Source: Halomonas sp.
Lineage (GTDB): Bacteria; Pseudomonadota; Gammaproteobacteria; Pseudomonadales; Halomonadaceae
Direction: 5' to 3'
Length of the DNA stretch: 64,000 bases
Assembly (NCBI RefSeq): GCF_052095765.1
Contig: NZ_JBQDJZ010000001.1
Span: forward strand, 11,090-75,089
How positions within the stretch are numbered: the stretch's first letter is position 1; the number at the start of each line of letters is the position of its first letter. Below are positions 12,406-23,554 of this stretch, piece after piece. The notes below the pieces were generated by a model, which saw only the letters and a list, made by a program, of their open reading frames with translations, made no database searches and was not told the DNA's origin. Both the position numbers and the translations under genes were made by a program.

Positions 12406-12894
12406 ATGCGTAAGTTGACGGCAGTTATTTGCCTTGCCTTGCTGGGTGCGATTGTCCAGCCAGCAATGGCCGCGGAAGTGGCCACTCTCGACTGGCGTAA
12501 GGCGCTGATGGATACCAGCGCCGCCAAGCAGTCGACCAACCAGTTCCGTAATCAGACCAGCGGTAGCCAGCAAGAAGTGGAAAGACTGGGCTCCGAGTTG
12601 GAAAGCATGCAACAGCGCTTCCAGAGCACTCAGCCAGGCGAAGCTGACGTCCAGGAATTCCAGCGTAAGGCTCAGCGTTTCGATGAGCTGCGTATTGAGA
12701 TTCTTGAAGCAAGACAGCAAGCGGAAGAGCGCTTCCTGCAAAGCGCTGAAAGTAAGATGAACCAGGCCGTCCAGCAGGTCATCGACCGTCACGGTATCGA
12801 TGTGCTGGTTGACACGGAAGGTGTGCTGAGCAGCAACCAGCAGTTGCCTGATATGACAACCGAAGTGACACAGATCATCGAGTCGCTCAACTAA
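12406..12894 (+). CDS. skp: OmpH/Skp periplasmic chaperone
   Basis: Signal peptide plus coiled-coil body; position between bamA and lpxD. Confidence 0.85.
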   Translation: MRKLTAVICLALLGAIVQPAMAAEVATLDWRKALMDTSAAKQSTNQFRNQTSGSQQEVERLGSELESMQQRFQSTQPGEADVQEFQRKAQRFDELRIEILEARQQAEERFLQSAESKMNQAVQQVIDRHGIDVLVDTEGVLSSNQQLPDMTTEVTQIIESLN

Positions 12895-12925
12895 GCGGTA
12901 GCTGATGAGAGGACAGCGGCGTCCT

Positions 12926-13963
12926 ATGAAACATGATTCCCTGTGCCTGACGCTGGCAGATATTGCTGAGCATCTGGGGGCCACACTTGAAGGCGACGGT
13001 AAGCGTCGTGTGCGCGGGGTGGCAACGCTCAAGGATGCCGGGCCTGATCAGATAGCCTTTATGTCCAACCGCGCCTATCTCAAGGATCTGGCGGGTACGC
13101 GGGCTGCGGCAGTGTTACTCCATCCTCAGTACATTGCCGACTGTCCGGTCGACTCACTGGCATTGGATAATCCCTATCTGGGGTATGCTGATCTGTCGCT
13201 GTTGCTGGCCCCGCAGCTGGGCATCGATGAACCGGGTATTCATCCCGGCGCGACAGTGGCGAAAGATGCAGTGCTGGGTAAGAGTGTGTGCATTGGTCCC
13301 AATGCGGTGATTGAACGCGGCGCTGAGCTGGGTGATGGCGTCGTGGTCGGACCTGGCTGTGTGATTGGTGCCGGATGCAAAATTGGTGCTAGCTCGCGGC
13401 TGCATGCCAACGTCACGCTTTACCACGGTGTCATTGTGGGGAAACGGGCCATTTTGCATAGCGGCTGTGTAATTGGTGGTGATGGCTTCGGCTTTGCCCA
13501 CGACGGGGAAAAGTGGCATAAGATTGCTCAGCTGGGCGGCGTTGTACTGGGTGATGACGTTGAAGTTGGAAGCTGTACTAGCATTGACCGCGGCGCCCTG
13601 GACGACACCCTGATCGGCAATGACGTGAAGATTGACAGCCAGGTGCAGATTGCCCACAACGTACGGATCGGTGACCACAGCGCACTGGCCGGCTGTGTCG
13701 GCATTGCAGGATCCACCAAGGTGGGCCGGCATTGCATGCTGGGCGGTGGTGTGGGTTTGTCCGGGCACCTGACGATTGCCGATGGTGTCCAGGTAACCGG
13801 CATGACCCTGGTAACCAACTCGATTCCCGAGCCCGGCGTTTATTCATCAGGGACCGGCACGATGGCCAATGCTCAGTGGCGGCGCAATGCAGTACGTTTC
13901 AAGCAGCTAGATGACATGGCGCGTCGGTTGAAGCGCCTGGAAAAAGAAATTAACAACACCTGA
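12926..13963 (+). CDS. lpxD: UDP-3-O-(3-hydroxyacyl)glucosamine N-acyltransferase
   Basis: Hexapeptide repeats, GGDGFGFA, IDRGALDDT, KIDSQVQIAHNV; start could be 12905. Confidence 0.97.
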   Translation: MKHDSLCLTLADIAEHLGATLEGDGKRRVRGVATLKDAGPDQIAFMSNRAYLKDLAGTRAAAVLLHPQYIADCPVDSLALDNPYLGYADLSLLLAPQLGIDEPGIHPGATVAKDAVLGKSVCIGPNAVIERGAELGDGVVVGPGCVIGAGCKIGASSRLHANVTLYHGVIVGKRAILHSGCVIGGDGFGFAHDGEKWHKIAQLGGVVLGDDVEVGSCTSIDRGALDDTLIGNDVKIDSQVQIAHNVRIGDHSALAGCVGIAGSTKVGRHCMLGGGVGLSGHLTIADGVQVTGMTLVTNSIPEPGVYSSGTGTMANAQWRRNAVRFKQLDDMARRLKRLEKEINNT

Positions 13964-14130
13964 TCTCACAGTGATTAGGTGCTCCTGTAGTTACTGTGGC
14001 CGTCCACCGCGGTAGTCGGTGTACATGTTCTGACGTCAGCGTATGGGGCGTCAGTTTGGGCTTTTTATAGTCAGTGCCTGGCGTTCAGGTTCAGGCATCG
14101 GGCGCTCAGTCATTTTTCGAGGTTGTAACG

Positions 14131-14574
14131 ATGGTAATGGATATCAATGAAATTCGAGAGTACCTGCCGCATCGCTATCCGTTTCTGCTAGTGGATCGGG
14201 TAACGGAGCTGGTGCTCGGCGAGTCCATCGTAGCCTACAAGAATGTCAGTATTAACGAGCCTTTTTTCAACGGACATTTTCCGCATCATCCGATCATGCC
14301 AGGGGTGCTGTTGGTTGAAGCCATGGCACAGGCGTGTGGCATCCTCGGTTTCAAAACTGTCAACAAGCTACCTGCCGATGGTTATGTCTACTATCTGGTA
14401 GGGAGTGACAATGTGCGCTTCAAGCGCCCAGTGATGCCAGGTGACCGGCTTGAGCTGCGTGCTGATGTCATCCGCGAGAAGCGCGGCATCTGGAAGTTTG
14501 CCTGCCGCGCCAGCGTAGACGGCGAACTGGCCTGTGAGGCGGAAATCATCTGTGCCGAGAGGAAGGTCGCTTGA
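14131..14574 (+). CDS. fabZ: 3-hydroxyacyl-ACP dehydratase
   Basis: [32 protein letters not shown]; ATG 14131 after GAGG. Confidence 0.98.
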   Translation: MVMDINEIREYLPHRYPFLLVDRVTELVLGESIVAYKNVSINEPFFNGHFPHHPIMPGVLLVEAMAQACGILGFKTVNKLPADGYVYYLVGSDNVRFKRPVMPGDRLELRADVIREKRGIWKFACRASVDGELACEAEIICAERKVA

Positions 14575-15338
14575 TCCACCCAACGGCCATTGTAGATCCT
14601 GACGCTCGGCTTGCCGATGGCGTCGAGGTTGGCGCCTTCACGGTGATCGGCCCCGGTGTCGAGATAGGCGCCGGGTCGCGTATCAACTCCCACGTGGTGA
14701 TTAAGGGCACTACTGTGCTGGGTAAGCGCACGCGTATTTTCCAGTTTGCATCGGTCGGGGAGGACTGCCAGGATAAGAAATACGCCGGTGAGCCTACCCG
14801 GTTGGTGCTAGGTGATGACAACGTGATCCGCGAAGGCGTCACGCTGCACCGGGGCACTGTCCAGGACCGGGCTGAGACTACGATCGGTTCCCGAAACCTG
14901 TTCATGGCCTATGTTCACGTCGGGCACGATTGCGTGATTGGCGACGACTGCATACTGGCCAACCAGGTTACTTTGGCCGGCCACGTCAAACTCGGCAATT
15001 TTTCCATTGTTGGCGGCCTGTCGGCGATTCACCAGTTCTGTCACTTCGGTGAGTACGCCATGGCTGGCGGTGGCTCGATCATCACCAAGGACACACCAGC
15101 GTTCGTAATGATCAACGGCAACCCGGCTCGCACCCATGGCTTAAACCTGGTCGGCCTGCGCCGCCGGGGCTTTAGCAGTGATTCAATCCGCGCGCTCAGC
15201 GACGCTTATCGGCTGGTCTATCGTCAGGGGCTGACCACCGAGCAGGCTATCAGTGAAGTCCGTGCCCGGTATTCGCTGGCTGAAACGGAAACGTTCCTGG
15301 CCTCCATTGAGGCCTCGACTCGCGGCATCATTCGCTGA
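14571..15338 (+). CDS. lpxA: Acyl-ACP--UDP-N-acetylglucosamine O-acyltransferase
   Basis: [22 protein letters not shown]; TTG start overlaps the fabZ stop. Confidence 0.98.
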   Translation: MIHPTAIVDPDARLADGVEVGAFTVIGPGVEIGAGSRINSHVVIKGTTVLGKRTRIFQFASVGEDCQDKKYAGEPTRLVLGDDNVIREGVTLHRGTVQDRAETTIGSRNLFMAYVHVGHDCVIGDDCILANQVTLAGHVKLGNFSIVGGLSAIHQFCHFGEYAMAGGGSIITKDTPAFVMINGNPARTHGLNLVGLRRRGFSSDSIRALSDAYRLVYRQGLTTEQAISEVRARYSLAETETFLASIEASTRGIIR

Positions 15339-15346
15339 GGCCGACC

Positions 15347-16567
15347 ATGCGTGTGTATTTGGTGGCCGGCGAACTGTCCGGCGACATCCTCGGGGCTGGT
15401 CTGATGCGTGCTATCAGCGCGCGCCATCCCGAGGCAGAGTTTCGCGGCATCGGCGGGCCGCGCATGGCAGCTGAAGGCCTACACAGCCTGTATCCGCTGG
15501 AGACCCTGTCGGTGATGGGCCTGGTCGAAGTAATCAGACATCTGCCGCGTCTGATTAGTGTGCGTCGCCACCTGCGTCGCGACGCCTTGGCTTGGCAGCC
15601 CGATATCATGGTCGGCATCGATGCGCCGGACTTTAATCTAGGTCTAGAGCGGCAGCTGCGCGAGGCCGGGATTACCACCGCCCATTATGTCAGCCCGTCT
15701 GTGTGGGCCTGGCGGCAGGGCCGGGTTAAAGGTATTGCCCGCTCGGTGGATGCCATGCTCACCTTTCTGCCGTTCGAAGCGGCTTTCTATGCGCGCCATC
15801 AGGTGCCGGTGGCCTTTGTCGGTCACCCGCTGGCTGACGAATTGCCGCTGGTCAACGATCGGGCCGGTGCGAGGGCTGAGTTGGGGCTCGATGCCGATGC
15901 TCAGGTGCTGGCCCTGCTGCCGGGGTCCCGGGCCAGCGAGATCCGTTTTCTGGGCGAGACATTTTTTGATGCTGCTGAACGGCTGTGCCGTGAGCGCGAA
16001 GAGCTGCAGGTGATTGTGCCAGCGGCCACGCCTGAGCGGCGCACCCAGCTCAATGCCATGCTCGACGAGTACCCTGCGCTGGCTGGGCGGTTGCTGCTGG
16101 TGGATGGTCGCTCCTGGCAGGTCATGGAGGCCGCTGATGTAGTGCTGCTGGCCTCGGGCACGGCGGCGCTGGAAGCCATGTTGTGCCATCGTGCCATGCT
16201 GGTGGCCTATCGCATGGCGCCAGCGACCTACTGGTTGGCCCGTCGGCTGGTTAAGACCGAATGGATCTCGCTGCCCAACCTGATCGCCCGCGAAACACTG
16301 GTGCCCGAACTGATCCAGGAGGCCGCCAGTGCCGAGGCGATTGCCGTCGGTCTTGGCGGCCTCCTGGATGACATCGAGGCCCGTGCCGCATTAGAAGCCC
16401 GCTTTGCCGCCATGCACGCTGAGCTGCGCCGGGATGCTAGTCGGCGCGCTTGTGAGGCCATTGAAGCTCTGGTTGCCGGTGAAACGCTGCCGCCAAGTGT
16501 CCGTGCTGATAACCCGGTGGGGCATCGTAGGCCAGGTCAGAGCGAGCCTGATCAGGAGCAGCGCTGA
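15347..16567 (+). CDS. lpxB: Lipid-A-disaccharide synthase
   Basis: [38 protein letters not shown]. Confidence 0.98.
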   Translation: MRVYLVAGELSGDILGAGLMRAISARHPEAEFRGIGGPRMAAEGLHSLYPLETLSVMGLVEVIRHLPRLISVRRHLRRDALAWQPDIMVGIDAPDFNLGLERQLREAGITTAHYVSPSVWAWRQGRVKGIARSVDAMLTFLPFEAAFYARHQVPVAFVGHPLADELPLVNDRAGARAELGLDADAQVLALLPGSRASEIRFLGETFFDAAERLCREREELQVIVPAATPERRTQLNAMLDEYPALAGRLLLVDGRSWQVMEAADVVLLASGTAALEAMLCHRAMLVAYRMAPATYWLARRLVKTEWISLPNLIARETLVPELIQEAASAEAIAVGLGGLLDDIEARAALEARFAAMHAELRRDASRRACEAIEALVAGETLPPSVRADNPVGHRRPGQSEPDQEQR

Positions 16568-17172
16568 TGAGTGCGCCAGACTTTCCGCCGCTGGTCATCA
16601 ACTATCATGGCAATCTGCTTGCAGGCGTCGATGAGGTAGGGCGTGGGCCGCTGGTTGGCTCCGTCGTGGCGGCGGCAGTCATTCTCGACCCGCAGCGGCC
16701 CATTGACGGGCTGACCGACTCCAAGAAGCTGTCGCCAAAACGGCGTGCAGCGCTGGCGCTTCAGATTCGCGAGCGGGCCCTGGCGTTTGCAGTTGCCGAG
16801 GCTACGGCGCAGGAAATTGATGCCGTGAATATCTTCCAGGCCACGCACCTGGCCATGCGCCGCGCCATTGATGGACTGTCGCCAGCAGCCGAATATCTGT
16901 TGGTGGATGGCAATCGTCTGCCCGGGCATGCTGTGCCGGGGCAGGCAGTCGTCAAGGGAGATCTGCGTCACTCAGCCATCAGCGCGGCCTCTATTCTGGC
17001 CAAGGTGGCCCGGGACACCGATATGCTGGCGCTGGACGCCAGGCATCCCGATTATGGTTTCGCCCGCCACAAGGGTTATCCGACCCGTGAGCACCTGGCA
17101 GCACTGGAAAAGTTTGGCCCGCTGCCGGAGCATCGGCGCAGTTTTGCACCGCTCAAGCGCTGGCTGGTCTAG
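16567..17172 (+). CDS. rnhB: Ribonuclease HII
   Basis: [31 protein letters not shown]. Confidence 0.98.
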   Translation: MSAPDFPPLVINYHGNLLAGVDEVGRGPLVGSVVAAAVILDPQRPIDGLTDSKKLSPKRRAALALQIRERALAFAVAEATAQEIDAVNIFQATHLAMRRAIDGLSPAAEYLLVDGNRLPGHAVPGQAVVKGDLRHSAISAASILAKVARDTDMLALDARHPDYGFARHKGYPTREHLAALEKFGPLPEHRRSFAPLKRWLV

Positions 17173-17294
17173 TCTCAGGCTTGCCGGTCTTATCATCAGG
17201 TCGCGCCCAGTAGTGCGGCACCTTGTATGTGGTCGACATATACCCTGGACTGTTTCTTGCCAGGTTATCTTTTTTCTGTCAAAACGAGTTCGCC

Positions 17295-20200
17295 ATGACA
17301 CCCCCGTTTGTTCATCTGCGCGTACACAGCGAATTTTCATTGGTCGATGGCCTGGTGCGTCTCAAACCGCTGGTCAAGACGGCGTTGGCCCTCGGGGTCC
17401 CGGCCCTGACACTGACCGATGAGACGAACCTTTTCGGGCTGGTCAAATTCTATCGTGGCACTCAGTCTGCAGGGCTCAAGCCGATCATCGGCAGCGATCT
17501 GTGGCTGGCTAACGTCCATGATGCAGCGCGCCCCTATCGCCTTACCCTGTTGGCGATGAACAACACCGGTTATCGTAATCTCACTGAGCTGATTTCGCGC
17601 GGCTGGATGGAAGGGCAGCAGGGTGGGCGCACGCTACTGCAGCGTGACTGGGTGCTGGCCCAGAGTGAAGGCCTGATTGTGTTGTCTGGTGGGCGCGAAG
17701 GTGACGTGGGCCGTCATCTGCTCGGCGATCATCCAGTGGAAGCCCGGGAGCTGCTGGATCAGTGGAAAGCGGCCTTTCCCGGACGCTATTACCTGGAGTT
17801 GACCCGTACCGGTCGGCCGCTGGAAGAAGACTGTGTGCACCTCTCGGTGGCGTTGGCGGAGCAGACCGGTACGCCAGTGGTGGCAACTAACGATGTGCGC
17901 TTTCTTGAGCGCGACGACTACTGGGCGCATGAAACCCGGGTGGCCATCGGTGAAGGTAGGGCGCTGGACGACCCGCGCCGTGAGCGCCGCTATAGCGAGG
18001 AGCAGTACTTTAAGTCGCCCCAGGAAATGGCCGAGTTGTTTGCCGATATCCCTGAAGCCCTGGAAAATAGCCTGATGATTGCCTCGCGCTGCAGCGTGGA
18101 TGTGCGGCTGGGTGAGATCTTCTTGCCTGACTTCGGCATTCCCGAAGGAATGACGCTTGACGAATATTTCCGCCAGGTGTCGTACCAGGGGCTCGACGAG
18201 CGCCTCGACGTGCTGTTTCCGGTGTCCGAGTATCCGCGGGACGGTCAACAGTATGCCGAGATCGAAGCGCGCTATCGCGAACGGCTTGATTTTGAACTCA
18301 ATGTCATCATCCAGATGGGGTTTCCCGGCTACTTCCTGATCGTGATGGACTTCATTCAGTGGGCCAAGGATAACCGTGTACCGGTGGGGCCGGGACGGGG
18401 CTCCGGTGCTGGTTCGTTGGTGGCCTACGCCCAGAAGATCACTGATCTGGATCCCATCGGCTACGATCTGCTGTTTGAACGCTTCCTCAACCCCGAGCGG
18501 GTCTCAATGCCTGACTTTGACGTCGACTTCTGCATGGAGAAGCGCGACAGCGTGATTGAGTACGTGGCCGAGCGTTACGGGCGCGATGCAGTGTCCCAGA
18601 TCGTCACCTTCGGCACGATGGCTGCCAAGGCCGTGGTGCGCGATGTGGCGCGCGCCCAGGGTAAGCCGTATTCGCTGGGCGATAAACTGTCCAAACTGAT
18701 TCCTTTCGAGGTCGGTATGACGTTAGCCAAGGCTATCGAAGCTGAACCTGCACTCAAGGAGTTCATCAACGACGACGAGGAAGCCGAAGAAATCTGGGAG
18801 ATGGCGCTCAAGCTTGAGGGCACTACCCGGGGCACCGGTAAGCACGCGGGCGGGGTAGTGATTGCACCGACCCGGCTGACCGATTTTGCGCCGTTGCTGT
18901 GCGATGAAGACGGCTCAGGGCTAGTGGTGCAATTCGATAAGGATGACATCGAAGAGGCTGGGCTGGTCAAGTTCGACTTTCTCGGCCTGCGCACCCTGAC
19001 TATCATCGACTGGGCGTTGGAAATGGTCGACAAGGTGCGAGCCACCGAAGGCCTGCCGTCGCTGAATATCGACGCCATCCCGCTGGACGACGCCGCGACC
19101 TTCGAGATGCTCAAAAAGGCCGATACCACGGCGGTCTTCCAGCTCGAATCCCGGGGTATGAAGGAGTTGATCAAGCGCCTGCAGCCTGACTCGCTGGATG
19201 ACATGATCGCGCTGGTGGCATTGTTTCGTCCCGGTCCGCTGCAGTCGGGCATGGTTGACGACTTTATTAATCGCAAGCACGGCCGCGCTGAGGTGGCCTA
19301 TCCGCACCCGGAATATCAGCACGAGCTGCTTAAGCCGGTACTCGAGCCCACCTATGGCATTATCCTGTATCAGGAACAGGTCATGCAGATTGCCCAGGTG
19401 ATGGCCGGATATTCGCTGGGCCAGGCAGACATGCTGCGCCGCGCCATGGGTAAGAAGAAACCCGAGGAAATGGCCAAGCAGCGTGCCGGCTTTATGGAAG
19501 GCTGCGAGGCCAACGGCATCAGCAGGGAGCTGTCAGGCAACCTGTTCGACTTGGTAGAGAAATTCGCCGGCTACGGCTTCAACAAGTCGCACTCGGCAGC
19601 CTACGCACTGGTTTCCTACCAGACCGCCTGGCTCAAGACACATTACCCCGGCCCGTTCATGGCGGCAGTAATGTCTACCGAGATGGACAACCTCGACAAG
19701 GTCGTTCCGCTGATCGAGGATTGTCGTCGACTCAACCTGACGGTGACGCCGCCTGATGTGAACGTCGGTGGCTACAAGTTCACGGTCGATGACCAGGCCC
19801 GGGTGGTTTACGGTCTGGGGGCCATTCGCGGCGTGGGCGAGGGGCCAATCGGCGCCATCGTCGAGGCCCGTGAGGCGGGCGGACCATTCAGCGACCTGTT
19901 TGATTTCTGCCGGCGTTTAGACCCCAGGCGCATGAACAAGCGCACCTTGGAAGCGCTGATCCGCTCCGGTGCACTGGATAATTTGGGGCCGAGCCGGGCG
20001 ATTCTTGCCGCGGCGACAGCCGATGCGCTCAAGGCGGCCTCTCAGGCGCAGACTAACCAGAACATCGGCATGGTGGACATGTTTGGCGATGCCTTCGTCG
20101 AGCAGGAAACGGGCGAACTCTACGCGCCCTATGGCGACGTGCGCGACTGGAGCGACAAGCAGCGGTTGTCCGGCGAGAAAGACACCCTGGGGTTGTATCT

Positions 20201-20795
20201 GACCGGTCACCCCATCGATGAATACGAGAGTGAACTAGCACGCTTTGTTTCGACGCGCATCAGCGACCTCAAGCCCTCTCGGGAGTCGCAGCGGGTTGCC
20301 GGGCTGGTGGTCGGTATGCGCACCATGAAGTCCAAGCGCGGTGACACCATGGCATTTCTCACCTTGGATGACCGCACAGGGCGCATCGAGGCATCGCTGT
20401 TTGGCGAAATGTTTGAGGCCATGCGTGGCCGCTTGGAAGGCGACCAGGTGCTAATCGTTGAAGGCGAGGTGTCTAGCGATGACTATTCCGGCGGTTTGCG
20501 GTTGCGCGGCAAGGACGTGACCCCCATGGTGGATGCTCGCGCACGGTTCGGCGATGCGGTGGAAGTCTCGCTGGATGGCAGTCAGGTAAATGGCAAGCTG
20601 GTGGAGCAGCTGCGCGATAGCCTGACACCGCACTTGAGCGAAGCAGGGCTGCCAGTGCGACTGCGCTACCGCAACGCCCAGGCCGGCGGCTGGATGACGT
20701 TAGCCAATGCGTGGAAGGTCATGCCTGCCGATGAGCTGTTGTTGGCCCTGAATGAGGTGCAGGGTCAGGACGGTGTTCGGCTGAAGTACCGGTGA
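17295..20795 (+). CDS. dnaE: DNA polymerase III alpha subunit
   Basis: FVHLRVHSEFSL (PHP domain), GPGRGSGAGS, SMPDFDVDF, KFDFLGL, YGFNKSH; ATG 17295 preferred. Confidence 0.99.
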   Translation: MTPPFVHLRVHSEFSLVDGLVRLKPLVKTALALGVPALTLTDETNLFGLVKFYRGTQSAGLKPIIGSDLWLANVHDAARPYRLTLLAMNNTGYRNLTELISRGWMEGQQGGRTLLQRDWVLAQSEGLIVLSGGREGDVGRHLLGDHPVEARELLDQWKAAFPGRYYLELTRTGRPLEEDCVHLSVALAEQTGTPVVATNDVRFLERDDYWAHETRVAIGEGRALDDPRRERRYSEEQYFKSPQEMAELFADIPEALENSLMIASRCSVDVRLGEIFLPDFGIPEGMTLDEYFRQVSYQGLDERLDVLFPVSEYPRDGQQYAEIEARYRERLDFELNVIIQMGFPGYFLIVMDFIQWAKDNRVPVGPGRGSGAGSLVAYAQKITDLDPIGYDLLFERFLNPERVSMPDFDVDFCMEKRDSVIEYVAERYGRDAVSQIVTFGTMAAKAVVRDVARAQGKPYSLGDKLSKLIPFEVGMTLAKAIEAEPALKEFINDDEEAEEIWEMALKLEGTTRGTGKHAGGVVIAPTRLTDFAPLLCDEDGSGLVVQFDKDDIEEAGLVKFDFLGLRTLTIIDWALEMVDKVRATEGLPSLNIDAIPLDDAATFEMLKKADTTAVFQLESRGMKELIKRLQPDSLDDMIALVALFRPGPLQSGMVDDFINRKHGRAEVAYPHPEYQHELLKPVLEPTYGIILYQEQVMQIAQVMAGYSLGQADMLRRAMGKKKPEEMAKQRAGFMEGCEANGISRELSGNLFDLVEKFAGYGFNKSHSAAYALVSYQTAWLKTHYPGPFMAAVMSTEMDNLDKVVPLIEDCRRLNLTVTPPDVNVGGYKFTVDDQARVVYGLGAIRGVGEGPIGAIVEAREAGGPFSDLFDFCRRLDPRRMNKRTLEALIRSGALDNLGPSRAILAAATADALKAASQAQTNQNIGMVDMFGDAFVEQETGELYAPYGDVRDWSDKQRLSGEKDTLGLYLTGHPIDEYESELARFVSTRISDLKPSRESQRVAGLVVGMRTMKSKRGDTMAFLTLDDRTGRIEASLFGEMFEAMRGRLEGDQVLIVEGEVSSDDYSGGLRLRGKDVTPMVDARARFGDAVEVSLDGSQVNGKLVEQLRDSLTPHLSEAGLPVRLRYRNAQAGGWMTLANAWKVMPADELLLALNEVQGQDGVRLKYR

Positions 20796-20905
20796 TGAGC
20801 TAGCGCGGAAGATAGTACCTGCCTTGCGCAGGATTTCAGGGGTGCGATAATGCCCGTATTCTATGCGTAATCGGTCGCTATCGGCCGCTTTGACAAGGTT
20901 AGCCC

Positions 20906-21856
20906 ATGAATCCCAATTTTCTAGACTTCGAACAGCCAATTGCCGAGTTGCAGGCCAAGATCGAGGAGCTGCGCCTTGTCGGACATGACAGCCAGGTCAA
21001 CCTGAGCGACGAGATTGTCCGGCTCGAGGGCAAGAGCCGCAAGCTGACCGAGTCTATTTTCAAGGACCTGACGCCCTGGCAGGTGTCGCAGCTCTCGCGA
21101 CATCCTCAGCGCCCCTACACTCTGGACTACCTGGAGCACCTGTTCAGCGATTTTGATGAGCTGCACGGTGACCGGCTGTACGCTGACGATGCGGCCATTG
21201 TCGGCGGTGTAGCGCGCCTCGATGATCGCCCAGTGATGGTGATCGGCCATCAGAAGGGCCGTGAGGTTAAAGAGAAGGTGCGTCGTAACTTCGGTATGCC
21301 CCGCCCGGAAGGCTACCGCAAGGCCTGCCGTCTGATGGAGATGGCTGAGCGCTTTCGCATGCCGATTCTGACCTTCATCGATACCCCCGGTGCTTACCCT
21401 GGCATCGGTGCCGAGGAGCGTGGCCAGTCCGAGGCCATTGCCCATAACCTGGCGGTGATGTCGCGTCTCAAGACCCCGATCATCTCCACGGTGATCGGGG
21501 AGGGCGGCTCTGGCGGGGCGCTGGCCATTGGTGTGTGTGACGAGCTGGTCATGCTGCAGTACTCGACCTATGCGGTTATTTCGCCCGAAGGTTGCGCGTC
21601 AATTCTGTGGAAGAGCGCCGACAAAGCCTCTGAGGCTGCCCAGGCCATGGGGATTACCGCGGAGCGGCTCAAGGAGCTAGGTTTTGTCGATAGCCTGGTG
21701 GCTGAGCCGCTGGGCGGCGCGCATCGCGACCCCTTTCAGACTGCGCAGCGTATCAAGCAGGTGCTGCTGACGAGCCTTGAGCGTCTCGATGCGCTGGATG
21801 AAGACAGCCTGCTCGAGCAGCGCTATAAGCGCCTGATGAGCTATGGCGCCCCCTAG
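20906..21856 (+). CDS. accA: Acetyl-CoA carboxylase carboxyltransferase alpha
   Basis: [33 protein letters not shown]. Confidence 0.99.
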   Translation: MNPNFLDFEQPIAELQAKIEELRLVGHDSQVNLSDEIVRLEGKSRKLTESIFKDLTPWQVSQLSRHPQRPYTLDYLEHLFSDFDELHGDRLYADDAAIVGGVARLDDRPVMVIGHQKGREVKEKVRRNFGMPRPEGYRKACRLMEMAERFRMPILTFIDTPGAYPGIGAEERGQSEAIAHNLAVMSRLKTPIISTVIGEGGSGGALAIGVCDELVMLQYSTYAVISPEGCASILWKSADKASEAAQAMGITAERLKELGFVDSLVAEPLGGAHRDPFQTAQRIKQVLLTSLERLDALDEDSLLEQRYKRLMSYGAP

Positions 21857-23186
21857 TAACGCCGGCTCTTCCTTGCAGGCTCTGATCGATGACGCCCTGG
21901 CTGATACTGCGCCGGGGCGTTGTGTCTGGGTCGCGCTCTCCGGTGGGCTGGACTCCGCCTTGCTGCTGAGCCTGGCTGCCGATGCCTGTCGCCGTCATCC
22001 CCGCTCGTTGTTTGCCCTGCACATCCACCACGGCCTGCAAGCTGCCAATGATGACTTTGAGCGCCACTGCCGCTGGCTGTGTTCTCGTCTCGGGGTGCCG
22101 CTTTTTGTTGAGTATGTTGATGTCAATAGCGCGGGCGGTGATGGTATAGAAGCCACTGCCCGCCGTGCCCGCTACGCCGCTTTTGCGCGCCATGTCAGAT
22201 GTGGCGAGACGCTGTGGTTGGCCCAGCATCAAGATGACCAGGCCGAAACCTTCCTGTTGGCGGCGCTGCGCGGCAGCGGCCCGGCAGGGCTGGCCGCCAT
22301 GCCACGGCGCAGAAATTTTTCCGGCATCCTCATGGAGCGCCCGCTGCTCAGCGTAGCCTTGCCGCGGCTGGAGGCTGAAGCGCAATGCCGGGGGCTCGCC
22401 TGGATCAATGATCCGACCAATGCCGAGCTGCAATTCGATCGCAACTATGTGCGTCATAAGGTGCTGGGCGCGTTGGAAGCACGTTGGCCCCATGCTCGAG
22501 CGTCGCTGGCGCGCAGCGCCGAGCTTGCTGGTGAGACAGGCGGGTTGCTGGATGAGCTGGCAGATACTGACCTGGCTCGCCTTGGTGGCGAGCCTCAACA
22601 GCTGGCAGTCAAAGAGTTGCTGCAGCTGTCTGAGCCGCGCTGCCGTTTGTTGATTCGCCGTTGCCTGACACATCTCGGGCTGGCACGGCCTCCGGCGCGT
22701 CGACTGGCAACGCTGATGGCTCAGTTGTCTAGCCGTGACGGTGCTGAGGTACAGGTAAACTGGCCCGGTGGCGAGGCGCGGTTGTGGCGTGACAGGCTGT
22801 TTCTTATGACACCACCGTTGGTGTTGGACGACGGCTGGCAGGCCATGTGGTGCGGCCACAAGGCGTTGCCGACGCCGCTGGGCAGGCTGCAGCGCAGGCT
22901 GGCGCCTGACACTGGGCAGGCGGTCAGCTTGCAGGTTTGTGCTCGGCGCGGCGGAGAAGTGTTTCAGCTGGCAGGCCGTGGGCGGCGCGACCTCAAGCGC
23001 TTGTTGCAGGAGCACGGGCTGCCCCCTTGGCAGCGCAAGCAGCTGCTGGTGGTTTGGCATGAGGGTGTTGCCGTGGCAGCCGGTCTGCTAGGCGGAGAGT
23101 GGCTGGTGCTGGCGCAGGGCTGGCATGAGCCACCGGGGCAGCCTGACGGGCAAGCAGGTAGTGAAGTGGATGGATCTTGTCGCTAA
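21843..23186 (+). CDS. tilS: tRNA(Ile)-lysidine synthetase
   Basis: [10 protein letters not shown]-loop, [21 protein letters not shown]-terminal LPPWQR. Confidence 0.95.
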   Translation: MAPPSNAGSSLQALIDDALADTAPGRCVWVALSGGLDSALLLSLAADACRRHPRSLFALHIHHGLQAANDDFERHCRWLCSRLGVPLFVEYVDVNSAGGDGIEATARRARYAAFARHVRCGETLWLAQHQDDQAETFLLAALRGSGPAGLAAMPRRRNFSGILMERPLLSVALPRLEAEAQCRGLAWINDPTNAELQFDRNYVRHKVLGALEARWPHARASLARSAELAGETGGLLDELADTDLARLGGEPQQLAVKELLQLSEPRCRLLIRRCLTHLGLARPPARRLATLMAQLSSRDGAEVQVNWPGGEARLWRDRLFLMTPPLVLDDGWQAMWCGHKALPTPLGRLQRRLAPDTGQAVSLQVCARRGGEVFQLAGRGRRDLKRLLQEHGLPPWQRKQLLVVWHEGVAVAAGLLGGEWLVLAQGWHEPPGQPDGQAGSEVDGSCR

Positions 23187-23200
23187 GCTGTCGATCTGGC

Positions 23201-23229
23201 TTGCGTTTGTCTGCGTCCTTGTCTACTAT
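23201..23229 (+). promoter_or_regulatory. Putative sigma70 promoter for rho
   Basis: -35 TTGCGT (23201-23206), 17-nt spacer, -10 TACTAT (23224-23229). Confidence 0.65.
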
Positions 23230-23554
23230 CGAGTCGTTCGCATGTTCCGAATGCTTTCCGATTGCAGCGTTAATGCTTGCTGCAATCTTTCCAAGTCGTC
23301 AGTACGCCCAAACTATCAGCTCTTGACCCCGACCTCAGGCTTCGGCCCCTGGTCAGCGAAAAGCACCTGTCCTCCTCATTGCCTTGCCGGCTGCCTTTGC
23401 ATGTAGCCCGCCCATCAGGCATATCAGCAAATTGCGTGGAGTGGCAGCCGATTCGGGCACTGAACGCATTTCTCCTCGCGGCGTTACCGCCTCAATATCT
23501 GTCTCTCGTGGCGTAGTACTGCCCGGTTTTTATGAGCAACTTCCGAACACACCG

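Noticed and set aside
19211-20310. E. coli Chi octamers GCTGGTGG (for example 19211 and 20303)
   Set aside because: Expected by chance in GC-rich coding DNA (Leu-Val codons); enrichment cannot be judged without genome statistics
17295-20795. Intein or frameshift in dnaE
   Set aside because: Continuous frame of normal length (~1166 aa), with no insertion evident
23125-23406. 93-aa ORF between tilS and rho as a possible trxA replacement
   Set aside because: No WCGPC motif; it overlaps the rho promoter and leader
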